NCBI GenBank assembly: GCA_001662655.1
Contig: KV460226.1
Strand: one strand, 5' to 3'
Source of the DNA: Pseudogymnoascus verrucosus
Taxonomy: Eukaryota
DNA: 64,000 nucleotides
Part shown: one piece after another, positions 1-13,462 of the stretch
Numbering within the stretch: position 1 is the first letter of the stretch
How the letters are laid out: each line of letters opens with the position of its first letter
Translations under genes and position numbers: made by a program
Notes under the pieces: model-generated
The model's database searches: none
What the model was told of the DNA's origin: nothing
What the model saw: only the letters and a program-made list of their open reading frames with translations

Positions 1-39
1 TAAAAACATAAGTCTAACCCTATGACCATTTTCACTGTT

Positions 40-482
40 TAATGGACCCAATCACCTAGAGGATATAGGAGCATTAGATGGCGGTGCGGCGGGAATAGCG
101 ATCGGCGACGAATGAGGAAAGGAGGGCGCCAAAAAAGGATCCAAAGGGCATGGAGGCAGTGATGGCGCCCTAGGTAGAGGAAACGCTGTCTGAGTAAGCG
201 GTGTCCGTACATGGTCAGATCCGGCGGCGCTCACGGATTATTGAAGTATCGTTTATACGCCGCTGTCCCAAGGACTCCTGACATAGAGGAGATATCGAAG
301 CCAGAAAGGCCACCGCCTAGCCACCATTAGGTCAGCTTGGTGGTTTCTTATGATCTAATGTCCTAATGCCCGATCTGTCACGAGACATCACCCTACATTC
401 GGCCACAAGCACACAGAGAGGAAGTGGACTTACCAATGGCGGCAAAGCCACAGATCAAGTACACATTCTTCGCCTGATACAT
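40..482 (-). pseudogene. MFS sugar porter (HGT1/LAT-1-like), 5' part, damaged by RIP-type stops and truncated
   Basis: Spliced reading MYQAKNVYLICGFAAIG/GGLSGFDISSMSGVLGTAAYKRYFNNP/..GAITASMPFGSFFGALLSSFVADRYSRRTAI*CSYIL*VIGSI. Stops TAA and TAG sit where CAA (Q) and TGG (W) are expected. Confidence 0.8.
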
Positions 483-2071
483 GGTTTCTGAAGTGCGCGC
501 GCCGGGACGCTGTGTGTGTCGGAAGTTATAGATGCCTAATCTAGCAGCGTGTCCATTTGAGTGATCGTGGCTGGAAAGTTGAGTAGATGCGGATCGAACA
601 GGTCGAGACTGACGAAGCAAAACTTCACCACGGCGACGATTGAGGTCGATAGCTGATATAAAATTGCTCAAGACAGACAGGGCCCAGGAATCGCTGCTCT
701 ATGTACTGGGATGATGCAGGCGCCATGCAGATGGCGGGGTTGGCCCAGCCAAAGAGTGGTAGAGTGTGGGTTTGAGAAAGGGGAAGGTCTAGGGAACCGC
801 TGAACTAAGGCCGTGCACTACTAATTCCATTCTGTTTGGGGAAGCGGGTTCGGGGATACCAGGTCCGACACTATGGGGCGGAACGATATAGTTAGAACAC
901 TTGGAAATATTATCCTCGATGTCGATACCTAGCTCTACCCCACAATCGCAAATGTGGATCCAATTCTGCTAGCGAGTACAAAGCTGCTAGCATGAATATC
1001 ATGCAGGCTTTACTCTAGCAAAAGAGCATCTTGTCCAAAGTGGACGGTATACCGTCTCATTCGCATGAGCAGCGACACAGAAGCCATACGTGATCTGAAA
1101 CCGATTGGACTTTTACTTCATTTGCGCAGCACAAATATGTTATTTCCACCTAGGGAATTTAGCTGAGACTACAAAAAGTTGTCGGGCCGAGACGGATAGA
1201 CGCAGGGTGATACTTCCAATTTTAGCTCACTTTGCTCCGGAGCACCATCCCGAGCCGTGGTGTTTTTGGTCTTTTGCTTCCAGGAAGGAATTAAGGGAAA
1301 GGCAACGGCGTTCCGTGAACCCTTGCCTTTTATCTTAGGCACATTTTACTTTCAAGTATACATGACGCTTCAAAATTGCGATAGTACGCAAGCGCCACAG
1401 GTTTCCTAGTGGCAGGCAAGCGGTTGTAGAACGGTCGGCCGCAGTTTTCGTAACAAACAACAGTTGTACAACTGCTTTACAACGGTATATAAGTAAGGAC
1501 CGCAAAAGTAGAACTTACAGAGCCTAAATGTGTAGGCTGAAATGGTAGATATTTGTTGTTTAACTATAGTTAAAGCTATGAACTGTCGCTACCGTCGTTT
1601 AAAACTACAGTTGGAGCAATAAACTAGAGCCCAACCTTATCGTTAGGTTGGAAAACCGTCCGAAAACCGTCAACTAGCGACCACCTAGAAAGTAATGGCC
1701 GCTCTTTAGCCCCACTGTCGCCCATGTCTGTTCCCCCTACTGTTTTTGATTAGACTGGAGCTCCAGTAACGTAGTTAGGGATGGCTCTCCACATTTCTCG
1801 CTACCAAAGCTCTCCCCATGTTCTCGACCAACATTCTCGGTAATATCCGTGGACGGACCGAGACACCTTCCCCAGACGCACATGCACATCAACGTGATTA
1901 CTTGGGGAATCCATGCATGCCTGAGTGAACCTATTCAGAAATCAGTTAATCCTTGTTTTCGTCAGAAATCTATAAGAGCACGTTGGTCTCCTCTTGGTCA
2001 AATCTGTTATATCAGCATTGATCACTCATTCAATTTCGTCCAACTCTTCAACTAAGCATCTGTCCATCAAA

Positions 2072-3842
2072 ATGGACAAGCCAGAGCTGCACCTCAAGGA
2101 GGATGTTCTTCAAACCGAGAGCAAAACCGATGAGTTAAGCAACGCCGTTCAACTTGCTCACGACGCCACCGAAGGAAAGTACAATCCCTTCACGCCGAGT
2201 ATGTGGCGTCTGTACGGCTGTCTTTGGGTCGCCTACCTTTGCGGATGTCTCAATGGCTATGACGGAAGTCTTATGGGAGGCTTGAATGCGATGACAACTT
2301 ATCAAGACTATTTTGACGTGTATGTGTAAATGCTTATACTGGGTTGTAAGATTCTATTACTGATATATACACCTGCAGTGGCGTTTCAAGTCAGCTCACC
2401 GGCCTAATTTTCGCCATGTACAATATCGGCGCTATTCCTGCGGTCTTCTGCACAGGTCCAGTCAATGATCTGTACGGGCGACGAATGTAAGATAATTTAG
2501 TCCGTACCTATGAGGCTTCTGCTGATTCAACCAGGGGTATGTTCGTTGGAGCTGTAGTTATCATAATTGGTACCTGCGTCCAAGCAACCGCGACCACAAC
2601 CGACCAGCTTCTGGCAGGAAGATTCGTCCTAGGCTTCGGCGTATCCTTTTGCTGTGTAAGCGCTCCGTGCTATGTCAGCGAGATGGCACATCCAGAGTGG
2701 CGAGGGACGTTAACTGGCTTTTATAATTGTACATGGTATGTCTGAGACGAATGGGTTTCGAGCATGTTAGAATAGTATTGATATTGATTCACAGGTACAT
2801 CGGATCTATAATTGCTGGATGGGTGGTCTTCGCCTGCTCTTATATCGAAACATCCAATGGCTTCCGCATTCCCATCTGGTGTCAAATGATCACTTCCGGC
2901 TTCGTCGCCATCGCTGTATGGTTCCTACCAGAGTCTCCTCGATGGCTCATGGCCAACGATCGATATGACGAGGCTAGTGCTGTCCTTGCACGCTATCACG
3001 GGGAGGGGTCCGCAACGCACCCACTGGTCATGCTACAATTGAAAGAGATGCAGAATCAGATCGGAACACAGTCTTCAGACAAGAAATGGTGGGATTACCG
3101 TGAGCTGTTCAATACCCATTCTGCCAGGCGACGTCTTATTTGCGTTCTGGGCATGGCTACTTTCGGTCAGCTTAGCGGAAACTCGGCTACTGGCTACTAT
3201 CTACCCGTTATGGTGAAAAACGCCGGTATCGACGACGCACATACCCAACTCATTCTTAACGCTATATATCCGATAATTTGCTTCATCGCCGCCGTTACCG
3301 GAGCGAGAATGACGGATGTAATTGGCCGTCGACCACTCTTGCTTTACAGCACCGTCTTCTGCTCTATGAGTTTCCTCGTCATATTTGGGACATCTAAGCT
3401 CGCGACCGAGAGCGCCGCCAACCGCGCTGCAGCAAACTGCACGATTGCATTCATCTACGTTTTCGGGATTGTCTTCTCTTTTGGTTGGACTCCCCTACAA
3501 TCAATGTACATCGCTGAAACCTTACCCACCGCAACCCGGGCCAAGGGTACAGCTCTGGGCAATCTTGCTTCTAATGCTGCTGGTGCCGTTTCTAACTATG
3601 GTATTGGCCCTGGTCTTCAAGCAATTGGATACTGGTTCTATCTAGTTTTCGTCTTCTGGGATCTTATTGAGGTTGTCGTTATGTATTTCTTCTTCCCAGA
3701 GACCAAGGAGCGCACGCTGGAGGAACTTTCAGAAGTCTTTGAAGCTAAGAATCCGGTGAAGAAGAGTTTGGAGAAGAGAGGAGCCAATACATTGTTGCAC
3801 ACCATGCGTGTCGAGGATCCGGCCAAGCTGATGGATGCCTGA
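2072..3842 (+). CDS. MFS sugar porter, lactose permease/cellodextrin transporter-like (3 introns)
   Basis: [31 protein letters not shown] and [10 protein letters not shown] motifs. GT..AG introns near 2319-2378, 2486-2535 and 2736-2794. Confidence 0.9.
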
Positions 3843-5503
3843 GAAAACTCTGAAGTTCGCAGGAGGAATCTTTTCCACACGCTCGCTGATACAAAAAATT
3901 TCATTCTAAAAACAACGAAGAGATTAGCCACAACTATATAACAATATTAACAATTATCCTTCCAAAATCAACCAGACCACTATGAATCAGTAAAAATAGA
4001 CTAGAATTGTCCTCATAAGATATTTCTACACGCACCTCCCACATGCGCACATGTTACGTAGGTAGGTCTTAGAGGAGTGTAAGTGGTGAATATAGATTTT
4101 TTTTTTTTTTTGACAAGGCTTCAAACATATTATGAATATTCTTCCCATATGTTTTCTAAATACTTGTGTTCGTATGTGTCAGGATGCGATCAGGGGTTGA
4201 CACCGACCCCCCCTGTTAGCGCAGACCTCTTAATTACCCCGCGATCGCCTATGTGGAATCCACGATCGCCCACAGGGATCCGCACGTAGTCTTAATTAAA
4301 TAGCTATCAGCGCTAGCCAACTCGCTTCTCGACCCAACCCACTTTACAAGTAATGGTCAGTCATACTCCCGTCTGTCATGATTTTTCTTGGTAACCCCTG
4401 CACGTGTTATTTTGCTTCATGCGATCGCGGTGCAAAATAAATGTGGCGATAAAGGGTACCATGGTATAATAAGTACATTCGTGGAGTTGTACTTCAGTAC
4501 AACTTCTTTTCTACACTGATTCGTTACAACAATGCTAATCCTTAAGATAAAGATGTAGGACAAGGATACTGGATACTATAATTTAATATCAGCCCGTATA
4601 ATTCTATAGAATTTGAACCATCGAGAAAAGAGATTTATATAAAAACTGGAGACCATTAAAGGTGATGAAGTTACCTGAATCCCATTTCATATGAACCCTA
4701 TGTTTTCTGACCCAAATATCCCCGCATAGATTTTTAGTCTGCATGAACAGACCCCAAAAACTTCATGTCAAACAGGTCGCCCCCTGGCCCAATTCGGGAA
4801 ACAGAGAGAGCGCTACGCGCGGCAAGACCTTCTCGACGTTTATCTAACCGGCCATCGCTGTACTCATCGATATTGTGGCTATTCTGACTACAACATGTTC
4901 TCATGTGGTCTCTCCAGGCCAACAAACAGAGTGGTATGTTTTCGGCCAACATTGCTGATCGCTCCTAGTGATAGAAAGTGAAGCTACTGTGAACTAGATG
5001 TGATGGAATACAACCTATGAAGTCTAAGTCGTTAGGAACGAATGTTCTTACAGTGAGGAAGCAAAACCCGCGAGTCGTTAACAACTGATTTGATCGGTCG
5101 GCGACTTACTTACGGAAGCGAAGGAAGGGGAATAATGACTTAGTATATCCGGGATAGCATGAAGATCCTCAGCGTCTAGATTGCCTCCTGTTTAGATGTA
5201 TGCGGTAATCGGGCAAGAGATTTGGGTGACATGGGAGAGGATAATATGACATTACTTCTAGGAATGGCTAGCTTCTAGGAATGGCTAGAACGAGGGGAAT
5301 TTACCCCAATCCGCCCATCCTCTGTGGTACTTATGTATAGAGTATATATATGTAATGAGCATCGACTTCAATTTCATATTTGGAAAGAGTCAAATTTTTG
5401 GATCTTCAAGATCATTATCTGAATACCCCTCTCTAGTATTAATAAACTCGATGAGAACAAAACTCGAACGGGGGATACTTAGTATCTATACACGAGGCGA
5501 CAT

Positions 5504-7242
5504 TTAAACAGCCTTCTCGCCGAGAACCTCGACGCGCTCAACGGACTTCTCGGCAATCTTGATACCATCATGCTTGGCACGCATCTCCGCGACGAAGGTG
5601 GAGTGTGGCTTCCACTTGTTGGAGGAACGTGGGTTGGTCTCCTCCAACATCTTATCGACTTGCTCGAGAGAAAGACCCTTAGTTTCTGGGACGAGGAAGT
5701 ACGCGAAGGTGAAAGAAACGCAGCAGAGGGCTCCCCACAAGAAGAAGACCTTTGCCCCGAGGTTTGCCTGCCCTTTCTCGGTACCGACAAGGTATGGGGT
5801 AATGAAACCGATAAGCTGGGGAATGTTAGAATAGCGTTTACCAAGCTAGGGGATTGGAGATAACTTACGAAGTTCCAGAACCAGTTAGAGGCGGTGGAGA
5901 GACCGACACCACGAGAGCGGATGGGGAGCGGGAAGACCTCGCCGATGACGACCCAAGCGCCTGGACCCCAAGTGGTGGCGAAGAACGAGATGTTGATGCA
6001 GATGAATGCAATCATGGTCTTGACGGCAGTTGCGTTGTGTGCCTCCAACCTTCCGGCGGTTACACCGATGATACCGACGATGAACTGGGCGGCAACCATA
6101 CCAGAAGCACCTATGATAAGAATGCGACGACGGCCGAAACGCTCAATGATCCAGAAGGCTAATGGGGTGGACAGGACGTTCACGAGGGTGGTGATGAGGG
6201 AGATTAAGAAAGGGTTGTCGATCGTGCCTAGAGACTGGAAGAAGATGGTCCCGAAGTAGAAGATAAAGTTGATACCGGTCAACTGTTGCATCATCTGCAT
6301 GAGAATACCAAGAATAGTGCGGCGGAGGTTGGATGAACCGTCGCTAAGGGAGCCCTTGAAGCAGTTTGCCCACCCACCGATGTAAGAGGTTTGCGGGATG
6401 GCCTGTTGCTCATACTCATAGTTGGCGACAATCTCAGCAAGCTCGTCCTCAATGTATTTAGAGTCGACTTCCTGGCCACGAACGGATGCGAGAGCGGCAG
6501 CAGCCTCTACGAGTCTACCCTTCTTGACGAAATAGCGTGGGGACTCGGGGAGGAGGAAAAGACCGACGGCGAGAATGATAGCCCAGAGGAACTGGACGCC
6601 GATGGGGATTCTGTACGATCCAGTGTCATCGCGCTGCTGGGTCGCATAGACAACACAGTTAGCGAGGAGGATGCCAATGGTGATGCAGAATTGATATCCG
6701 GAAACCAAGGCACCGCGGACATTCTTTGGTGCAATCTCGGACATGTAAAGAATGATAATGGCGGAGATGAAACCAACACCGACGCCAGCAATCAGACGAC
6801 CGACAACCATCACGGCAAGGGTGGTGGAAGCAGTCTGGAGGACAGCCCCGATGCTGAAGATGATGCAACCAGCGATGATAGCCATACGACGACCGATGAA
6901 ATCAGCAATATCACCAGCGGCGATGGCGCCACAGAAGGTACCACAGGAGAGAATAGAAGTCATGAGCGATACATTCGTAGCGGGAATATGAAAGTCGAGC
7001 TTATATTGCTCGTACGCGGCGCCCTCCATAGAGGGGTATTTGTCCCATGGGTATTCGAGACCGGTGTGCTGGCGGATGAAGTATGGCATTCCAAGAACAC
7101 CTCCCATCCATCCCGTATCATAACCAAAGAAGATTCCTCCAAATGCGGCAAAAGCACACATAAGGTAGGCCTTGACCGTCACGGGTGCCTCGATGCGCTC
7201 AGTATCAAAGGTCCCGCGAAGGGCAGGAGCGTCGTCAGCCAT
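5504..7242 (-). CDS. MFS monosaccharide transporter (one intron 5816-5868)
   Basis: FGGIFFGYDTG, PESPRY, QQLTGINFIFYFG, ASNWFWNF/LIGFITPYL and VPETKGLSLEQVD. Confidence 0.92.
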
Positions 7243-8339
7243 TGTTATTGTTTTTGCTTTCATCGAATGTAGGGAGTGAGAAGAAGATCCAATTTAAGGA
7301 GATCGAGGTTCAGGTCGGGCTTGCAAGGAGAGCGAGTGAAGTGATGATGAGTTGCAACAGAAGCCATGGGGTCTGGGAGCAAACTTGTTATATAGGAATT
7401 CTGTGTTCCTCAAGACGGTCCCTCCCTCCATCTAACAGGACTCATCCTGGGGTACTAGGTGGGGAAACGAGGCAGGATGGATGGGGCTGTTGTGCCCTTC
7501 ACCAAACCCCAAAATCTGATCACACCACGATACCATGGGGAATTTTCTCACGTTTGAGGACGTAGTGGAGCTCAGGCTCTGTGCGGAGTGAGTCTGGAGT
7601 ATTGCAGTGAAGGGAATGACTAAGAGAACGAGTCAAGGCCCTTCGGGTGCAATCCCCACATGCCGTCGGCGAAGTAACAGCTGAGATTGCCCAGTTGCCA
7701 CATCCTTAGAGTTTGAGTTACTCGGGCCTGTCCAGAGCGACGACCAGGAGTGCCAATCAGGACGTTAAGGGAGATTAGGGCCGCATGGATTCCTAAATTA
7801 ATTTGTTTTTCGCTAGCTACAGTACATCCTAGGAAAATCTCCATATGGGGGGCTTCGGCACTATGCTGGCTACAGCCTGGCGCCGAAGCCCATGGACAGG
7901 GGCAAGTTTCTTAGAGAATACAGAAAGGCAAGGTTGCCGGAGCTAACCCCCACACCCAGCCTGACCTACTACCAAATGTCCTTCACTCACAATGCACCCT
8001 TAACGTTACAGCACATGATAATACCTCAACGTGTCTTACAAATCCCTCTATTCAAACAAAAATACATATGCGGTATTTCCACGAAGAGGTATTTACGCTC
8101 TATTCTCGTTATTGATTCACCCCGCCACAATATTAATACAAACCCACACAATCTTCGAAATTACAAGTTTCAGCCCAATCGCATCCATGAATAGAGCACA
8201 TAAACTACTGGTTGCATTGTGTTTAGGGAAGCAGGTCCGGGGATATCGGGTCCGACACAGTGGGCAGCCCAAAACAGCTAAAACACAACGGTTGCTAGGT
8301 TACCTATGTTTGAAGCGTTTGTGTGCGTGAATCACAACC

Positions 8340-8801
8340 AAACGCAGGGATGTAAGAAACGGCCCCAGAACACGCAACTCTGATCTATCATGACAAGGGA
8401 GAGAATCGAAAAATTGTCATCCAACTTGTTGTTATCAATTTTGACTTTATTGTCATCGACCTGGGACTCATCACTATGGAATTCGCAAACTTGCGTACTA
8501 ATCAAATCACACGTTCGAGGGTTTAGTGTACAGCATTAAGTTGAAGGTTGAATTCGCGGTTCTTGGCAAGCTAGTGCTGATTGCTGACCATCACGACCAG
8601 AAACCAGAAGCATCTCATCTTGGCAGACCCTTGGAGACCCCCTCAGAGGTCGCTGATTTTGTCGATGCCTCTCATCTTACATCTGATGTCACCCATGCGA
8701 CTGGTCCAGCAGTACGGATTTACCGTCCGCCACCTCATATGCATCCGAAAGATGTCTCAATTGCCATGTTTGATATTCAGGTCACAGTGATGATGTGCTA
8801 G
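8340..8801 (+). pseudogene. C-terminal fragment of a fungal integral membrane protein (DUF7703-like)
   Basis: ..IDLGLITMEFANL..GLVYSIKLKVEFAVLGKLV motif. Frameshifted, and no 5' part is visible. Confidence 0.5.
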
Positions 8802-9090
8802 ATGATACCTCATCTTTGGAAGTTGAAACCGAGGGTGAGCCTTCATCTAGCATATCAGGAGATGTGAATCCACTAGCCTTAACCATATAGACTCTCTTGT
8901 GAATTCCGCATTAAGCCCAACATAGATGGCTTTCGTGGGAGAAGGTTGATATACAGAAATAATTCGCAAGCATCACTTCGAGAATTTAAAGACGTAGTTG
9001 TACATAGTCTCCCTTTTAGCGTGGCAAAATCCAATTAATTCTAGCACTGTGTTCTTTGTAGCACTATAATAAGAGAAACCCTAATGATAC

Positions 9091-10533
9091 TCACAATACC
9101 ACACCCGTAACCTCAAAAGTCTGCACGGTATTCGTATTGAAATACGACGAGAACTTGGCTCCGGAAACGGTTGTATTGGAATACTGAACATAACGATCAC
9201 CGCCATTGATCTGGGTATTCCAGCGAGCAATCGCAGTACCGTTAGCGGGGCGCTGGGAGAAACTGGACAGATCGAAGTTGATATATTGCGCAGTGTCGTA
9301 GTTGGCAGCGACAACAACCAACTTCTGTGCGCTGGCATTATACGCAGCGACAACGTTATCGTTACCGCCGTCGAGAATGCGCATTCCAGGGCGAATATGC
9401 CGCGTGAACTGCGCAAGCACCCAGTACTTCTGGTTCACTCCGCTGATCTGACCAGAATCATTACTAGCGTCTATAAGACCCCAACCGCCGCCGTCGAGCG
9501 CTTGCCAATACACCCAGCCCGTCGGGAGAAGCCAACGGAAATCCAAAAGGAGATTCTGGACAAGATTCATACCCGTTCCGTCTCCGTCTCCGTATTCGGA
9601 GTTCCAGAGTGTTTTGTTGGCGGCAGATGCGAGGCTGTACAGCGTATCTCTCCTTCCGCTTCCGCCCTGGTAGCCGTGGACGTTGACGCGTGAGATCTTG
9701 CTGATCGCCGTGCTTCCAATGTTTTGGAGAGTATTAACTGCCTGGTCGTAGTAAGACTCGTCCGAGGCCGCGATTATAGTCGACAGCTTGCGACTATCGA
9801 GGTGGGTGCGAAGGTAGCCTATGACCGTCGCCATAGTGGCGATGTCAAAATGACAACCTTCTTGCGTGCCATCGGCCCTCCACCAATCGGCAGAAGGTTC
9901 ATTGAAAGGATCGACAGACTCGAATTGCACGTTCCACTTGTCCTTGAAGTGCTTGGCAACGTTTGCCATGTAGATGGCATGCCGCTCCAGGTTCCAGGAC
10001 TGGATATTCTCACTTCCGTCGCTGGCGCCAGACGGATTGTGGTTCTTGCACATCCACCACATGGGCGAGTTGGAGAACAGCTCTATCCTAGTTGCGCCTC
10101 TGTCGATTGCATGGCGCAACGCCTGGCGCTGGGGCCTGTCAACCGTCCAGTTCCAGCTCGACGACGTCGGGTTTTCACTCGCCCAGTTAACCCAGTAACC
10201 ATCCATCTGTCTTGAGGGTAAGATATTCGCCGACTTCACCATGCTCTCGCCATTGTAGCTGTTTGAGCTGCCGGCGCCAGCATTATAGCGGGCGATGTTG
10301 AACCCCAAGCCGGGTAGGCTCTGGCCGAGGAACTGCGATTTCTTCACGGTGAAGAGGATATCGGACAGATCTGTACGATCGCCAAACTTCTTGGCCCACC
10401 ACGCCAGTGAAGTTCCCCATCCGTCCCAGGTCCCCCGGTTAGACTGGGCGCTTATGGTTGTGGTGACATCGGCCGCCGTGAGAGGACTGTGGACTAAGAC
10501 CACGGCCAATCCTAGGAATGCATGGAAGCGCAT
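9091..10533 (-). CDS. GH30 (subfamily 5-like) endo-beta-1,6-galactanase, secreted
   Basis: Signal peptide, WDGWGTSLAWWA, LPGLGFNIARYNAG, ELFSNSPMWWM, DPFNEP (acid/base) and LWNSEYG (nucleophile). Intact 480-aa ORF. Confidence 0.9.
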   Translation of the reverse strand: MRFHAFLGLAVVLVHSPLTAADVTTTISAQSNRGTWDGWGTSLAWWAKKFGDRTDLSDILFTVKKSQFLGQSLPGLGFNIARYNAGAGSSNSYNGESMVKSANILPSRQMDGYWVNWASENPTSSSWNWTVDRPQRQALRHAIDRGATRIELFSNSPMWWMCKNHNPSGASDGSENIQSWNLERHAIYMANVAKHFKDKWNVQFESVDPFNEPSADWWRADGTQEGCHFDIATMATVIGYLRTHLDSRKLSTIIAASDESYYDQAVNTLQNIGSTAISKISRVNVHGYQGGSGRRDTLYSLASAANKTLWNSEYGDGDGTGMNLVQNLLLDFRWLLPTGWVYWQALDGGGWGLIDASNDSGQISGVNQKYWVLAQFTRHIRPGMRILDGGNDNVVAAYNASAQKLVVVAANYDTAQYINFDLSSFSQRPANGTAIARWNTQINGGDRYVQYSNTTVSGAKFSSYFNTNTVQTFEVTGVVL

Positions 10534-12119
10534 TGCGAAGAAAATGTTTAAAATACGAAGAGAGGAAAGGGGTGGAGAGCGATTTTTGTGGAAGGAACCA
10601 CAGATGATCTGTGGTTAATGGCTATGAACAATGAGGAATCTGGCCTTAAATAGCAAATTCTGTACACTTGAAGGTCTTCAAGGCCAAGTCGGGGATGCCA
10701 ACTATCTGTTCACGGAAAGAAAAATCCGAGCCCGTCGCCATAAACGCTACAGTAAGCGTCTAGTTTGTTAAAAAAAATCCCCCATGAATTGGCAAATGGC
10801 TGCCACTCCATCATGTTTAACTTTCCCTCTAATCCACCGGGGATGTCGGAGCCGAGACAGTAATACGTAAATACTTTACTCAGACTAATTTGTAAAAGTA
10901 AAGATGTAAATCGAAGCGAAAGAACAATATCCCACCCTACCTAAAATAAAACTTGATTGGTACATTATATAAATGCGGGGAAATTATGGGGTTATAGTTG
11001 TCAATTGCGCTGGGTGGGGGATCTGGGTAACTGAGATGTTTGCTTCAACATTGGTTAGTTTGGTGAACGGATGGGACCCGGACTAGCGCCCAGCGGTACA
11101 TGGGTTGGTTGTCAGTCTACCCTGGTACCCCGCCTACTACCCCGCCTACTAGTGCGCAGCGCAGTACAAGTTTGTCAAGTGGGCACTTGTTGACAGAAGA
11201 TGGGGCTAAAGACTCGCTCAAGGTTGAGGGTACGTGTCCATTAAGATTAAGCGAGCCGTACCGTACGCAATGACCAGCTGGTCATTAGCTGGCTTGTTTG
11301 CCCCACTAAAAAGATCCCCCCTGGAGGATCTGCAACGTTCCTCCGCAAGTTTCTAGGCCAGGAATCGGATTTACACCCCTAACCCTTACCTTCTGGCTCC
11401 CTGACAAGTTTCTAGGGTGCAGGGAAACAAACGTAGGAAATTTGTAGATCCGGCAGCTCCGTATTCAGGCCAAGACTGTTGCAGATGAACAAGCCATAGA
11501 AAGCGGGAACAACTCTCCATTCGGCAGCCCTGTGCCGTCTAAATATTTGTTCCAAACTGGGCAAGTTTCCAGGCTAACACAATTCCGCATTCCAGCTGGG
11601 GCTGGGGGCCCGTTCCCCACACGCCCCATTGATCATCCTCTACGGTCCCCTGTCTTCTCGGCAACTTCCACACTCGCATCCACGCCCCTAACCACCCTTA
11701 CTTTCTGGCTCCCTGACCAGTCTGCTTGCGGCTTAACGCGCGTGTTCGTTTCCAGAATAACTGCCCAGCAACTAGAAAGGCTGCGTTTTCAAAGTTTGGT
11801 CAGGATGACCACACCCAAATTATCGCACCCGACCGACTTCCAAAGTCAATCATCACCATGCCACTTGAAGGAAGAACCAGCTTTTTCAAGTCGACTACTA
11901 ACCTCCAGCCATGACATATCCTCGTCGTCTGATCCGGCATCTGAGTCTCTGGATCCCTCAACTCCATCATAAACAGGGATACTTGACCTGAAGTTACATT
12001 GTTCTAAGCCTATTGCCGACATGAAACCTCCAAAGAAAGCGCCGGCTAAGGTCGCACCGCCAGTATTAACTGGCCCAGGTATGCACTTTGTGACGAATTA
12101 ATATGAATATCGTCCCCCT

Positions 12120-12715
12120 GACAGATTCTCGCAGCGAAACTGGCCGAGGTGGCGCGCGTCATATACGAGCTGAATCGGGATCTTGGGAAGATCTGCATGT
12201 TACCGCACCGTGAGCAATTGTAAAAAGCTAATGTGCAATCGACATTGCTAACAGATATAGAGCGGGATGCAGCTCTCGAACAGTTGAAGGTATACGGACG
12301 AGACTCCAAGGATGCGGATCCCATGTTCACAAACGAGGTATGTGTGAGAATCATCCCGCTGTACACAATAATGCTGATGGCAACCCTACCAGGGAATCGA
12401 AACCAACACTCGTCATGCCTTCAACAGCCCTTCCTTCACAACTTCTCGATGTGCGCTGCGCTGCCTAGCGAATGCAATGCTGCTCAACCCTTCCGCCAGA
12501 GCTCGGTTTGTTGAATTGCATTACGAAAAAAAGCTATGCCAGCGCCTCAAGAATGGGAACCAGGAGGACGAGCTCCTGGTATCGAGGATCATATTCCTCA
12601 CAACGTACGGTGGGAATATAGACATCGAGAACCTGATCGACCACCACCACCTAGCCGACAATATTAATCACAACATCGCCCGCCACGCGAAACAATACGA
12701 TGAAGCACACAAAAT
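12120..12715 (+). pseudogene. Ric8/synembryn G-protein GEF, N-terminal fragment
   Basis: RDAALEQLKVYGRD..ADPMFTNE/GIETNTRHAF..SRCALRCLANAMLL..DELLVSRIIFLTTY with two introns. The frame runs on into unrelated kinase-like sequence. Confidence 0.75.
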
Positions 12716-12719
12716 CGAG

Positions 12720-13462
12720 GAAATCCAAAGTGATCGGCCCTCCTATTCGTTCATGAAAGATGATACAGATGTTTTAGGCCTAACTCCTTGACAGCCATCA
12801 GTTGTGTCACTCATCCACTACGACGCCGTAAATTTAAGTCTAGAGCTTGAATACATCGGACCAAATCTAGCTACATTTTCTGATAGAGATCGCATGTCGC
12901 TATTGCCAGAAACTTCACAGAATCGAATATGGAGGGATATCACCAGTGGTATCGAATATATGCATGCCCAAAATGTCACCCATCTCGATATCAAGCCCCA
13001 GAATATTCTGCTTCAAGAAGGTGGTCGAGCTGTGCTCTGCGATTTTGACATTTCTGTGAGAGGAGCTAAGCCAGTACCTTGTAATGCCGGAACTCCCTGG
13101 TACGTTCCCCCAGAACACATATTCGACGGCCGACGCGGACGAGAAGGTGACGTCTGGCCCTTCGGCGGCACCATGTTGTTTGTATTGGGCCTCATGCCTC
13201 TTCCAAATCCAAAAAGGCTTGGAGAATCGCGGAGGTTACTCTTCATAAGGAGGCCCACGGAAAGATGTTGAATTGGCTTCGCGAAGTTCGACGAGCTGCA
13301 GATGCTGCCCCAAAGAATCTTTCACTAGTCCGGTCTATGCTTGAGCCGAATCCCAGGAAACGCATCACAGCAGCACAATTGACCATTGAATTGGCCGCAC
13401 AGGTGTCGTGGAAGTCAAGCGGCAGTGAACTCGTAGCAAACCTTGCCCTACTCAACATTTGA
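12720..13462 (+). pseudogene. Ser/Thr protein kinase fragment, frameshifted
   Basis: LELEYI, YMHAQNVTHLDIKPQNILL, LCDFD, GTPWYVPPE and DVW. After a frameshift comes MLEPNPRKRITA. No N-lobe. Confidence 0.75.

Noticed and set aside
1406..1688. Possible MITE (TAGTGG...CCACCTA with repeated CGGTT/AACCG motifs)
   Set aside because: The termini match poorly and I found no target-site duplication.
4052..4528. Possible solo LTR (TGTTACG...CGTTACA)
   Set aside because: The flanking 5-mers differ, so there is no TSD support.
6391..7272. 293-aa + strand ORF and similar long antisense ORFs (57425-58243, 50906-51724, 41339-41953)
   Set aside because: They are antisense shadows of GC-rich coding sequence on the opposite strand.
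11381..11722. Two ~30-bp direct repeats (CCCTTACYTTCTGGCTCCCTGAC)
   Set aside because: Real but short, and I could not tie them to an element boundary or function.
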